Below are positions 15,666 through 32,839 of a DNA stretch of 64,000 nucleotides, in pieces. Origin of the DNA: the human T2T-CHM13v2.0 reference genome, Homo sapiens. The stretch covers positions 35,296,001-35,360,000 of the forward strand of contig CP068257.2 in the NCBI GenBank assembly GCA_009914755.4, read 5' to 3'. The notes below the pieces were generated by a model. That model was not told where the DNA came from. It made no database searches and saw only the letters and a program-made list of their open reading frames with translations. Both the position numbers and the translations under genes were made by a program. Position 1 is the stretch's first letter. Every line of letters begins with the position of its first letter.

Positions 15666-16267
15666 TGCCTCCTTTTTAAAAAATGTTGGGATGAGAGGTA
15701 TAATTTGTTTGTTTCAAGAGAAAGTAGGTAAGTTTAGTGTTTAAAGTCACCTAGACTATTGGGTGTTTGCAGAAACTACATGGTTATGTCATTCAACTCA
15801 CAAATTTGTCTGTTCAGAGAAGACAACAGAAATAGACAAAATAATTTGTCACAATGACTATGAAACTGATAGTATGGCCAAGCAGGGGGATTAGCAAGAA
15901 CCTACACCTGGAGAATCTGGCGACCTGCCCAAAACCAGGTATCAATCACAGGCAGCAAGTGCAGGCATGGGCCAAGAGAATTCCCGAACACATTCCCAGC
16001 TCCGTGGGCATTTTCCTGTCAGACACGACTCACAGACGTGAAACCCAGAGCGCTGTTGCCACAAGATGGCAGACATTAGCACAAATGTGATTGTTCCAAA
16101 GATTTGCTGAAAGTGGCTCAAATCAAAACAAATGTTTTCAATCCCAAATGAATAAAGTTACAGTCTGAATATACTCTTGACACAGGGACCCTCTTCCCCC
16201 TAACGTGGAAAGGGCCACACCTGCAGACTTAACACCTTTCTAAACTCTACTAGTTGGCCCTCTCTTA

Positions 16268-16950
<683 letters not shown>

Positions 16951-17128
16951 AAACTTGAACATGAATTTTTCTAATTATCAATAGCATATAAACTCTGAAG
17001 CTGTATATCTGGAAAGTCATGGCCAACAAAAGAACGATTCCAAAGAGCCTACTCAAATTTTGGTTGTCAGGCTGAGAGGCCACGGTGGAAATGACCCTGG
17101 ACAGTCATCATCTCTCTCCAGGTACTGA

Positions 17129-17502
<374 letters not shown>

Positions 17503-17658
17503 CTAGAAAGACAGTTATGCTGAAAACCTAATTGCTAGTGAGTTCAGGGAGGCAAATGGGTCATGCTGGAAACTTCCATTTTGCCTATTAGCCATAACTG
17601 GAAAACAATACCTAGGAAGAGAGCAGCGTTATTCATCATTTTAAGAGCGTTTGCAGGA

Positions 17659-17974
<316 letters not shown>

Positions 17975-19013
17975 TCAAAACAGCAGGTCCTTGAATAATG
18001 TTGTTTCACTCAAAGTCATTTTGTTATGATGTTGATGAGGGGAAAAAGAAATCACTTCCCAGCCGGGGCCACTGTCTGTGGGTCCGTACGCTCTCCCCAT
18101 GTCTGCACGGGTTTTCTCTGTTTCTCCGTTTTCCCCCCACATCCCCAAGCTGTGCACATTAGGTGAACCGATGCGTCTACATGGTCCTGATCTGAGCAAG
18201 TGTGAGTACGGGTGTGAGTGTGCCCTGTGATGGGAGGGCATCCTGGCCAGGGCTGACTCCCCAACCAGTAGTACCCTGAGCTTCCTGGATGAGCTCCAGC
18301 CACGCGGCCACCCACCATGCTGAACTGAAATAATCAGGTAAATAATTATCTTTGTTTTTATTAATCTTTCTTAAATGTACATATAATTCATATTTATTTC
18401 AGTGTTTCAGTGTTTTGGCCTTTATTTAGAAGTCTGGTGATGTCTTTGTGACCAGAAATACACTATGGGAACTGACTTCTTGTTTATATCAATTAGCCTA
18501 TGGTAACATTGGTTTCATTGTTTGTCATTTCACTTAAGGGTGCAGTTTCCAAGAATCTATCAACAACTTTAAGTGAGGACTTACTGAGGAAGGCATACGA
18601 TTTCTTGGACACCAGAAAGGCCTTTCCTCCCACCCTCCTTCCCCTGATTGAATTTTAAGATTTGGAACTTCACCTAGTTACTTCAGGCTTTGTTGTCTAG
18701 TTAAAATTAAAATATCTCCACCTATCAGCAGCCTTTGTCTGGGTATGAAGGAACTTACTGGAACCTCTAGCTCCCCTGAGATCAGATTTTAAATGAGCAT
18801 TGAAGCCTGGAGGTTGCCAGAACACTGAGTACCCAGAAAAGCAAACTGAGCTCGTCTGCCTTATTTTGTTTCAGCTTTGCCTACTGTATGCAAAGCTTCT
18901 AGCCTGATATTATAGAAGTATTATGAAAATAAAAAGCATAATGCCAGCTTTCAGGCGACTTAGAATCTCTCAATTCCTACCTTAACCAAGCCAAATATAC
19001 TAACCAAATGTTA

Positions 19014-19331
<318 letters not shown>

Positions 19332-19518
19332 TCAGAAAAGGTCTGCAGGGCACCGTCCAACATGGTCCCCAAACCACAGCTGATTGGCTGCAGGCTGGCT
19401 GCTTCCTCCAAGACTGAGGATGCCAATCATGGGACAACAGGTCAGGTGGGCCTGTTTGTAGACAGCCCTGGAGAGGGGAAGAGGCAGAAAAGCAAAACCC
19501 TCTAAAGAATCCATATCC

Positions 19519-19793
<275 letters not shown>

Positions 19794-22616
19794 CTAAATG
19801 TGTACCTCTCCTCTCCGGTGGACAAAGCCATGCCAGTATAGACAAAAACAGCATAGCGGCGAGACCCGTTTAATTCACTTGAGCACACGGCTATCCCGGA
19901 GATTAACCCTTACAGGTGGCAGAAATGAAATAAGTCAAGTTCTGTTCCCACTAGAGCCGAAGGGATGAGAGGGGTGCTCGACTGAATGCATGTGGACTCA
20001 CTGGTCAGGGTGAATACACAGAGTAGCCAAGACGCACACGCAGTGAATTGTATGAACTCGTTTTCACATGAGAACGATGCCAGGACGGAAAACAGGATGG
20101 CGCTACAAGCGGGCGGAGTTCCTGGAGACAAGGGGGAAGATGGCCGCTGAAACCCCGAGAACTGCTTGGCTTCACTGTCTTAGGGTTTCAAGATGTAGGT
20201 GCTTCTACAATGGAAACAAGAAAAGAGGCCACCTCTGGTTCTACGCTCCCAATTAGCAGGGAGAAATGGCACACCGGAGTGTGTGGGTGGTAGATTTGTA
20301 CTCCTCGTCCACAGAGGTACTGGACTAGAATCTCATTCTCTGAGTGTAACCCTGTTACCATAATGACAGGTCTATTTCTGTAACTTGGCTTCTTGTAAAA
20401 ATAAGACTTTTTAGTTGGACCGAAAACCGGAACTAAAAAAATGTCTCCAGCCACAAATGCGTGGAGAGGGTGATACTGGCATCCAGTGGGGAGAGACCAG
20501 GGATGCTATTCCGCAGCCGAAAATGCACAAGACTGTTGTTGCCACGAAGAATTCTCTGACCCAAAATGTCAATAGTGCCATGGTTGAGAAACTCTGTCAT
20601 CAAAGGCGACCCACTGCTGCCATGTGCTAAGCTAAACAAGAAAACAAAATCTTTTAAAATCCCTTTTAAAGATTTTCTGTGGACAACTTCATGGCAAATT
20701 CCTGGTCCATTTGACAGTCAAATGTCAGCATTAATCCACAGCCTTAAGTTTTCCCTGCAAACTTGATCAGTACAGCGAGCATACAAACATTTCCTCTCTT
20801 TCTTTATTATTATGAATGGCAAAGGCATCAAATCTGCAGCTTACTTGGCTGGGACACCAGTGCCTAGGGTGCAGCTGTGTTCTGCCCTTGAAATACTTTA
20901 CCTCCTCTTATTGGGTTACATCATTACTAGATTTATTACAAAGGTGAAGACTATGAAATTGAACAGGGAAAGAGGAAACTAACCAGCCTGTGATAATATT
21001 TATTTTTTGATCTCAGTAAGGTATCACAGAGACACAGGCCTGTGGAGAAAACAGTGACCCTGTCACACAGAAGACTGGAAGTCATTTAAAATCAAAAATG
21101 ACATTCTAATCCTCTGAATCTGATTTGTGAAGCTGCATCATATTGCCTTTTTTTTCTAGGGCAATGCACTGCAGTATCAAATTTTATGATAGTAATGGGG
21201 TCAATTTAAATGGTGCAGCAAGCAGATTTGCTATGTAACTCGGAGAAATGGATCACAACAGTGCCAAATCAATTTTCTAGTACAAGTCTGTGCTCAGGGG
21301 TGGTAAAATTCACTCTTCAAAACTGAAATATGGCTCTAGGAAGTCGGGTTTTTAAGTGGATTTTCTGAGAATATGCAGTTACTATAGTTACAATATTTGC
21401 AGAGAAAAAGATAAGAGGAACATTTATTATGCCTCCAAAAGCTAATTCATGTGGCCTGCAGCACTGCAGGAAACCTGCTTGGGCTGTACGTGTTCATCTG
21501 TCCTAATGTCCAAATTCCTTAATTTTAAGCATCTCTGCTTGAGTATTATCTTAAGAACAAGTGAGTCGGCTTTAGAATAGTAAAGAAACAAATATATACT
21601 CTGGAAAAAAATGTTTGGCCAGAAAATTCAAGAAACTTAGCTTCCAGGAGAACTGGAAAAAGACAAGGCATTACAAAATGAAAACAAAACAAAAAAGGAA
21701 ACAATTCTCTATCTCAATAAAAAGATCCCTATAATAAAACAAAATCGATTACACTTATCTTGGGAACTCTTCTGGACAAAATATCTACATCTGCGTAGTT
21801 TTCTCATTAGAGCATCAAATCCTTTAGGGCAAGTGAATGTTCATCTAACTCTAATGAAAACCTTTTCCCCTAAGGATTAAAAGATTTGGAGTCAATGACA
21901 AGGAATTCTGAAATAGTTTATCCGCTACCGTTTGCTTAAACAAACAAAAAGCTAAAAGGAAAAAGAAGATGAGCCAAAGGATCTCCTACGCAAGAAAAAG
22001 AAACTAGCATTTTCCTTTCATCCTCTTTCCATTTTCCCCCTACCTATGTATTAGTACGCCACAAATCTAAGTAGCTTCAATATTCTCTTATTTGAAGTTT
22101 TTCTTTTCAGCACTTGGAAGAGTGACAAAACATAAGAAAGGAATTGGGAACCTGAAGATGTTTTCAACACCAACTACCTTGGCAATCAACTGCAGTATTT
22201 CATCGCAGTGGTCACTGACGTCTAGAATCACTACCCTGATGGTTTCAACTTCCTACCTTAAATAAAGACTCAATTATATTAACCAAGGGGTGCTCTAAGG
22301 CAAGAAAGCAGACCGATGAATTTGAGAAAGATCATTACTAGTAAAGAACAAAACGAGAATTTTCTGACTAAGCCTCAGTTAACCAGCAAGCTCATTTAAC
22401 CCTGACAGCTGCCTTGTTCCTCCCTCACAAGTCTTTTGGTTAATCAGGGTATTCAAGAAAGCCCTGAACTAAACTAAACTTTCTGCTCACTATCAGCAAA
22501 AGCTCCCAGCCAATAGTCAAAAACAGCCCGCAGCACACGAACTCCTGAAACTTTTAAGCGTGTACCTTTAAAAGACATATTCCCTCGCAAAAATACCCAC
22601 AGATACCCAAAGATCA

Positions 22617-23651
<1,035 letters not shown>

Positions 23652-24712
23652 TCAAGAATCTCATCACCCTCTCTGCATTCTGGGACTTACATTCCAGGAC
23701 AGCCTCTGGCACGGCTCCCACCTGCATCCCCCCTCAACTCGGGGGCATCCTTTGGAAACACTAATTGTTCCCACCTGAAGACCCCAAGTGAAATCAGCAG
23801 TTTGCCCAACATCTTTTATACCTATTGGAGAACCTAAGACCCTCTTACGGAATGGTGAAGAAAGTGAGATTCAGAGAGGTGCCTTTGCCTCCTTACTTAC
23901 AGATTCTATTTCTTGGGTGTTATTCTCCTTCACAATAATGAAACTGAGCAATAAAAAGGACACATATCTAGAGTCTACCCCAGCACGCCCCAGTGAAATG
24001 TCACTCTCAAGACATGCCATAGGATCAATGGGAGAAGATTCTTCCCAGTATCTTGTCTCAGGACTGGAACATAAGTTGACAATCACTAATTCAAAAACAT
24101 TTATTGAGCACTTGCTACATGTCGGACATGGTATTAGAGACATGTACGAGGTGATTCTGGATATTAAGGGATTTACATAAACTTCCAAAGCTGATAAGGG
24201 ACATTTATTTGCCCATCAGATGAAAGAAGACATTCATAGACATAAAAAGCCTGCTTTTAAGTCTAATTAAGGAAGAACAGTTTGTGTGTTTCCTGAAAAA
24301 CGATTTGTCCCAAGAAATTGTGATACATATATTTTAAGTAAAAAGCGGTTTGATTTAGAACTTCATAGTAACACTAGCTATGCTTCCCACTCAATCAGAA
24401 CTGTAGTCTAGACACTAGTTATACTGTATTAAACTATGTGAAATAAATATTATATGGGTTCTGAATTTGAATGCCACCTCATGAGCAATGCAGTCATGAA
24501 AACTTCTTGTTTAAGAAATTTAATAAGCACTGAAAATGTACCCTGCAGCCCCCCAAAAAAATCTTGACACATGCATGAATTGTATATTATTACAGTAAAA
24601 TCAAACCTGTGGACTGAATTAAACTGAAACCAAGCATAGCCTTTATGTCATACCAGTAAGAGTGCTCAACAGTCCTTAAGCTAATAACTTATAGTGTCCC
24701 ACTATGATAAAA

Positions 24713-24995
24713 ACAGGGTCTCACTTTGTCACCCACATGGGAATGCAGTGGCGTGATCATGGCTCACTGTGGCCTCAACCTCCCAGCTCAAGTGATCCTC
24801 CCATCTCAGCCTCCCAAGTAGCCGGGACCACAGGCATGCACCACCACACCCAGCTAATTTTTTTGTTTGTTTGTTTTTTTGGAGATAGGGGTCTATGCTG
24901 CTCAGGCTGGTCTCGAACTCCTGGGCTCCAAGCGATCCTCCTGCCTCGGCCTTCCAAAGTGCTGGGATTACAGGCATGAGCCACTATGCCTGGCC
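24713..24995 (-). mobile_element. Alu SINE (antisense), ends 22 bp from the HLCS exon donor
   Basis: acagggtctcactttgtcacccacatgggaatgcagtggcgtgatcatggctcactg...ctgggattacaggcatgagccactatgcctggcc; TSD (g/a)ataaaaaca. Confidence 0.9.
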
Positions 24996-25023
24996 AATAA
25001 AAACATTTTCTAAAGTTACTTAC

Positions 25024-25075
25024 ACACAATCTTTTGGGGTACCAGTCCATTATCCATGTGGAGTCTATCTTCCAT
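25024..25075 (-). CDS. HLCS: HLCS start-codon exon, classical CDS part (Met1-Val17 plus first nt of Ser18)
   Basis: Minus strand ATG GAA GAT AGA CTC CAC ATG GAT AAT GGA CTG GTA CCC CAA AAG ATT GTG T|gtaagt = [17 protein letters not shown]; the split codon T+CG (Ser18) is completed by the 23584 exon; Met7 at 25057..25055. Confidence 0.88.
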
Positions 25076-25145
25076 GAACGCCACCCCCAGCTTGCTGAAG
25101 TTGTCCACACTTGCTTCAGCAATTAGCCGATAAGGATCCCCAGGT
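25076..25145 (-). other. HLCS: 5' part of the HLCS start-codon exon (classical 5'UTR, or in-frame N-terminal extension); 5' boundary uncertain (acceptor at 25146/7 or alternative at 25187/8)
   Basis: Candidate acceptors ttgtttgccattagcttgcag|ACCTGGGG (exon start 25145) or ctgctttttctcag|ATTGTCAAG (exon start 25186); the frame of the ATG stays open 56 codons upstream (no stop until a TAG ~25243). Confidence 0.5.
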
Positions 25146-25994
25146 CTGCAAGCTAATGGCAAACAACAGTCTGACCACTTGACAATCTGAGAAAAAGCAG
25201 GAGAGGGAGGAGGTGGGAAAAGACAGGTTGAGATTTTTCTTCTCTAAAATAACCACATACTTTATTTTTCCCTTGAGGCTCCTACCACTAAATTACAGTC
25301 ATTAATAACAAATTACTGGATATTACATTTTACTAATATCAGAGTTGTTTTGAATTCAGCATTCTCATCTCTACCTGACAACAGTGCTTACGAAACACTA
25401 AATATAACTCTCTCATTTAAAAGTAACTGAAGTCTCCACCTTTTTAAGGAATTAAAAGATAAAGGGACATTCCCCAGACACTGGAAAAACACCATGCTGC
25501 CCTTTAAAAACAGAGAAGAGGAGAGAACAAGAAGTCCACAATACCCAGTTACTTTCAATGTAACCTGTGGACCCGCTTTTCTCAAAGTGTGGTCCGAGAC
25601 CAAGTGCAACTGACCTCCCAGGGAGCACATGAGACCTTCAGAGTCCCGAGCACAACTCCCTCCCTATCTGGTGCACTGGACTTTCTGGAGTTGAAGTCCA
25701 GGAATCAGGATTTAAAACATGCTTCCCCTGGGGTTCCTGCACTCGAACTGTGAGAACAATCCAAAAAGACTCTCCAGACAGTTCCTCCCTGTAAGGAGGT
25801 TCACGTTCCTACCACAAGGGGGACAGGGAGAAAGAGAGCAGGCAAAACACCCGGCTTAGCCTTCCAGTTCTTACTACAGAAGACTGTGACACTGGGGCCT
25901 GGAACACCCATGCTCTCTCTGAGGGTTCCCATGGAGAAGACAGCCTGTGAGGTGAAGAGCCCGGCGCTGCAGTCAGGGGTCTGAGGCCGAGTCA

Positions 25995-26290
<296 letters not shown>

Positions 26291-26545
26291 TCAAAGAGTA
26301 TACGTAATGCCCCCAGTAAAAAGCTTAGATTGACTGGAATAAAGTACTCAATTACCGACAGCTGCTTTTATTAGCTGTCACAAATGTGGCTTTAAAAGCA
26401 GCAGTGAGCAGCACAGTCTTTTTCTAAGATGCCATGAACGATTGCTCTACTTCCTAAAGATACCTTCTCAGGGACACACTGCCCCGAATTTCATAATTAT
26501 AGATAAATAATTTTTTATTCCATTTTTATTTATTTGTATTTATTT

Positions 26546-26667
26546 ATTTTTTGAGATGAGTACTCGCTCTATCACCCAGGCTGGTCTTGAACTCCTGGCC
26601 TTGAGTAATTCTCCCGCCTCAGCCTCCCGAGTAGCTGGGACAACAGGCTCGGGCCACCACACTGGGC
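26546..26667 (-). mobile_element. Alu fragment with internal deletion
   Basis: ttttttgagatgagtactcgctctatcacccaggctggtcttgaactcctggcc...cctcccgagtagctgggacaacaggc. Confidence 0.7.
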
Positions 26668-26947
26668 TTGAATTCTATTTTAGATATTGGTGGGCTAGGA
26701 TTTTAGAACTAACTCCTCCTAAAAACTATTTTTTAAATGCTAGATAAAATAAATGAATAAAGCATTACCTTAAAAGTCTGGAAGAACAGACTAGATAATA
26801 GTGAACTTCCAGGCCAAGTGTGGGATAAATCCTGAACCTACAGAGGAAAGGGGTATTCCTGCAAGACACGCCACTTCTGCCCCCAGGGTCCTTGCTCATC
26901 CAAGCAACTTGGGTTTCAAAAGTCATCGTCCAACTGGCATAAGCATA

Positions 26948-27628
<681 letters not shown>

Positions 27629-27786
27629 ATAGACCAAGAGAACAGAGCTGACAGTATAGAAATAAACAGATTCATGGACAACTGAATTTGGACAAGGGTG
27701 CCAAGACAACTCAATAAGGAAATAATAGTCTTTTCAACGAATGGTACTGGTACAACTACATACTGACGTGTAAAAGAATGAACATA

Positions 27787-28370
<584 letters not shown>

Positions 28371-28480
28371 AAACCTATTAAACTTTAAAAGACTCAGATT
28401 TGCATTAAATTGATACAGAAAAAGAAAAAAACCACAGATAGAGAAGCGTTAAAGACCTCTTTTAGAAAAAGGAGAAACTG

Positions 28481-28608
28481 GCCAGGCTCGGAGGCTCACG
28501 CCTGCAATCCCACCCGAGAGGTGGAGGTTGTGGTGAGCTGAGATTGCGCCATTGCAGTCCAGCCTGGGCGACAGAGCAAGACTCCGTCTCAAAAAAAAAA
28601 AAAAAAAA
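28481..28608 (+). mobile_element. Alu with large internal deletion
   Basis: ggccaggctcggaggctcacgcctgcaatcccacc|cgagaggtggaggttgtggtgagctgagattgcgccattgcagtccagcctgggcgacagagcaagactccgtctc + poly(A). Confidence 0.8.
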
Positions 28609-28968
28609 GAATGAGGATAAACCTCTTCCTCACATCATGCAAACCACGTACAAAAATTAACTCAAACTGGATCAAAGACCTCAATATAAGAGCTAAAACT
28701 ACAAAATTCAGAGAAGAAAAACACAGGCATAAATTGTCATGACTTTTGATCAACCAATGACTTCTTAGATAAGACACCAAAAACAGAAGCAACAAAAGAA
28801 GAAATAGATAAATTGAACTTCATCAAACATTCTTGTGCTTCAAAAGATATCAAGAAAATGCAAAGACAACACAGAAAAATAGGAGAAAGTATTGGCAAAT
28901 CATATAAGAACTCCTACAACTCAACAATAAAAAGACAATCCAATTTAAAAATGGGCAAAGGATGTAAG

Positions 28969-29133
28969 GCACCCGGCAAAGGCACCTGTAGTCCCAGCTA
29001 CTAGGGAGGCTGAGGCAGGAGAATGGCGTGAACCCCGGAGGCAGAGCTTGCAGTGAGCCAAGATTGCACCACTGCACGCCAGCCTGGGCGACAGAGCGAG
29101 ACTCCATCTTAAAAAAAAAAAGAAAGAAAAGAA
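28969..29133 (+). mobile_element. Alu right-arm fragment inside L1
   Basis: ggcacctgtagtcccagctactagggaggctgaggcaggagaatggcgtgaaccccggaggcagagcttgcagtgagccaagattgcaccactgcacgccagcctgggcgacagagcgagactccatctt + A-rich tail. Confidence 0.85.
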
Positions 29134-29718
29134 AATATACAAACGCCCAATAAGCACAAGAAACACTGCTCAACATCAGTCACGAAGGAAATGCATCTCA
29201 AAACCACAGTGAGACACAAAGTCATACCCACTAGGATGGCTGGAATCAAAAAAGATACCAACAAGGACAAGGAAAAACTGGAACTCTAATACACTGCTGG
29301 TAGAAATTAAGGTGCTGCAGCTGCCTTGGAAGACTTTGGGAGTTCCTCAAAGAGTTAAACATAGAGTTACCATATGATCTAGTAATTCTACTCCCCAGTA
29401 TATACCTAAGATAACTGGACCTGAACATACGAACACATCTAGATGAGGCTCAGAGGATCTTCCCAAAGGCAAGCCCCAGAGGCCTTCACAAAAGAAACAA
29501 ACTACGTTCACTGAGAAACAACTGGAAGATCTGAACTTGTTCAATAAGAACGTATACCCAAACCCCAGCCTTCAGAAAGATATGGTCTCCAAAATGGAAA
29601 TAGATCCAAAAGTACTGTAGGTTTGGCTCAAAAACCTTGGAGCAAAACTCAAGAAAGCCAAATGCAAGCATATTTGGCAAAAACAAGAAGCTCAACAACA
29701 GCAAATATCTGAGAATGA

Positions 29719-30061
<343 letters not shown>

Positions 30062-30339
30062 CTACCCACATCCCCAAATGAGGCCCATCCTAGAGTTTAC
30101 ACAGATCATCAGGCACCCTCATTCCAACTAAACTTAGGCCCCAGTGGTAGGGACCCTATAGACCACCCCAGTGGCCCCAAAATAGTTCATTTTGGCTGCT
30201 GCCAAGATCTGAACATATACTGCTTCTAGACACTTCAGAATCCCAAGTTCATTCTCCAAGCTTCCATTTTAATTCTTTTGGTTCCTCATCTCTACAAAAT
30301 AGAGACATCAGACACAAAAGGTCACATATTGTAATGGTT

Positions 30340-30745
30340 TATGATGATTCTCATACAAAAGAATACTTTTCAGCAGGAAGAAACAAACTTGAGATATGCA
30401 CAACATGGATGGATTTCAAAAACATTATGTTGAGTGGAGAAAAAAGATGCCAAAGGATACATGCTGTATAATTCCATTTCTATGAATTCCTAGAACAGGA
30501 GAAACTAATTTACCATGTCAAAAAGATTCGTGGCCCAAGTAGAAAGAATTGAATAGAAAGAGGCGCAAGACAAATGCATTGGGGTGATGGTAATGTTTCA
30601 TGTCTTAATGACCTAGGCAGTTACCTAGGTGTATAAATTCATCAAAACACACAGAACTGTGCATCTAAAATCTGTGCATTTTATTTTATATAAATTATAC
30701 CTCAATTAAAAATTAATATACAACAAAACTAGTAAGGACAATTTC
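30340..30745 (+). mobile_element. L1 3'-end fragment
   Basis: ...ggggtgatggtaatgtttcatgtcttaatgacctaggcagttacctaggtgtataaattcatcaaaacacacagaactgtgcatctaaaatctgtgcattttattttatataaattatacctcaattaaaaatt matches the L1 3'UTR end. Confidence 0.7.
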
Positions 30746-31020
30746 TTTATTTTTTTTCCTGCTTCTTTGTTTTGATTTTGGTTTTGGTTTTTTAATTGTT
30801 GTTGTTGTTCCATTTGTTCAGCTAATGAGATTTAGTCAGCATCACTAAGTGGACAGTTGGCTTATGTTTCTAAATCCTGTTTTTGGGTCACCTCCCTCCA
30901 TCATCATACTTGAATGACCTCGTCAAGCTCCCTTCATTCATTTTGGCTCTCCCCAAGACGTTCTTCACGTAGTCACCAGGGTAATGTTATTATTCCTTTA
31001 AAAATGTTGCACTATTCCTT

Positions 31021-31306
31021 GGCCTGGCACGGTGGCTCACGCCTGTAATCCTAACACTTTGGGAGGCTGAGGCGGGTGGATCACGAGGTCAGGAGATCGA
31101 GACCATCCTAGTTAACGGTGAAACCCTGTCTCTACTAAAAATACAAAAAATTAGCCAGGCATGGTGACAGGCGCCTGTAGTCCCAACTACTCAGGAGGCT
31201 GAGGCAGGAGAATGGCGTGAACCCAGGAAGCGGAGCTTGCAGTGAGCCAAGATCACACCACTGCACTCCAGCCTGGGCAACAGAGCGAGACTCTATCTCA
31301 AAAAAA
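31021..31306 (+). mobile_element. AluY-like SINE with near-perfect ~21-bp TSD
   Basis: ggcctggcacggtggctcacgcctgtaatcctaacactttgggaggctgaggcgggtggatcacgaggtcaggagatcgagaccatcc (Y-type diagnostic); TSD (t/a)taaaaatgttgcactattcct at 30999-31019 and 31307-31328. Confidence 0.95.
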
Positions 31307-31329
31307 TAAAAATGTTGCACTATTCCTCT

Positions 31330-32010
31330 GCTTAAAATCCTTCCATGAATAAGTTCTGAAGATCTACTGTACGTCATGGTGACTACAGGTTTTTTTTTGG
31401 TTTTTTTTTGTCTCAAAGAAAAAACCACATCATATGTTGTACCCCATAAATATATACAACTAAAAAAATACTTTCATGGCCATTTTTCATCATTCAGGAA
31501 AAAAAAATATGCCCACATATAAAGCTTGTATGCAGATGTTCACAGCAGCATTATTCACAATAGCCAAAAGGTAGAAACAACCCAAATGTCCATCAACAGA
31601 TGAACAGATAAATAAAATGTATATATCTATACAGAGGACTATTATTCAACCATAAAAAGGAATGAGAATGAACTACTGATGCATGTTACAACGTGGACGA
31701 ATCTCGAATACATTACATTAAGTGAAAGAAGCCAACAACTAAAGGTCCCATATTCTATGAGGCTATTTACATGAAGTATCTAAAATAGACAAATCTAGAG
31801 TCAGAAAGTAGATTCGCGGTTGCCAGGAGCTGAGGTGTCAGGGAGCAGACAGTGAATGCTGACAAGTGTGTGGTTTCTTTCTGGTGTGCTGAAAATGTTT
31901 TAGAATTAGATAATGCTAATGATTGCACAACTTTGTGAATATACTAAAAACTACTGAATTGTTTTTCAAGGGTGAGTTTCATGTGAATTATATCTCAATT
32001 TTTTAAAACA
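31330..32010 (+). mobile_element. L1 3' fragments (L1 3'-terminal motif at 31330-31390; ORF2-3'UTR segment 31470-32010)
   Basis: ctgaagatctactgtacgtcatggtgactacagg; then cagcagcattattcacaatagccaaaaggtagaaacaacccaaatgtccatcaacagatgaa...gcacaactttgtgaatatactaaaaactactgaattg...gtgaattatatctcaatttttt. Confidence 0.75.
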
Positions 32011-32415
32011 AAAAGAAAAGAGTCCAGGCAGTTTGTTTGTCTCTACACTCTTCCAGCACAGCCTAGTCAGCCCAACTTCCCAAACTTCAATCCTGGCTCC
32101 TCTGGTTAAGAGCGTGTGACCTGAGCAAGCTACTCAAATTCCCCATGCTTCAATGTCCTGTCTGTAAGGTAGAGATAAGAGCACCTACCTTGGAAGGTTA
32201 CTGGGAGCACTAAAAGGGATCATCCATAAAGTGCCTGGGCCACAAGGGTGCTCTTATGGTTCCAAAATATAAAGTCCTTTAGAGCAAGTAACCTCATGAG
32301 AAACCACATCATCCCTAGTGGGCAAAAACCGAACCTGGCAGGGAATGGGGAGGTGAAAAAAATCTTAGACATTACAACAGTTTGTGGCCCTCCAAGGCTC
32401 AATCCTATCCCTCAA

Positions 32416-32839
<424 letters not shown>

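Noticed and set aside
24775-25122. 115-aa minus-strand ORF overlapping the HLCS start-codon exon
   Set aside because: It begins at a TTG (the ORF track uses alternative starts shown as M), is in the +1 frame relative to the authentic ATG at 25075, and reads through the GT donor into the intron and an Alu.
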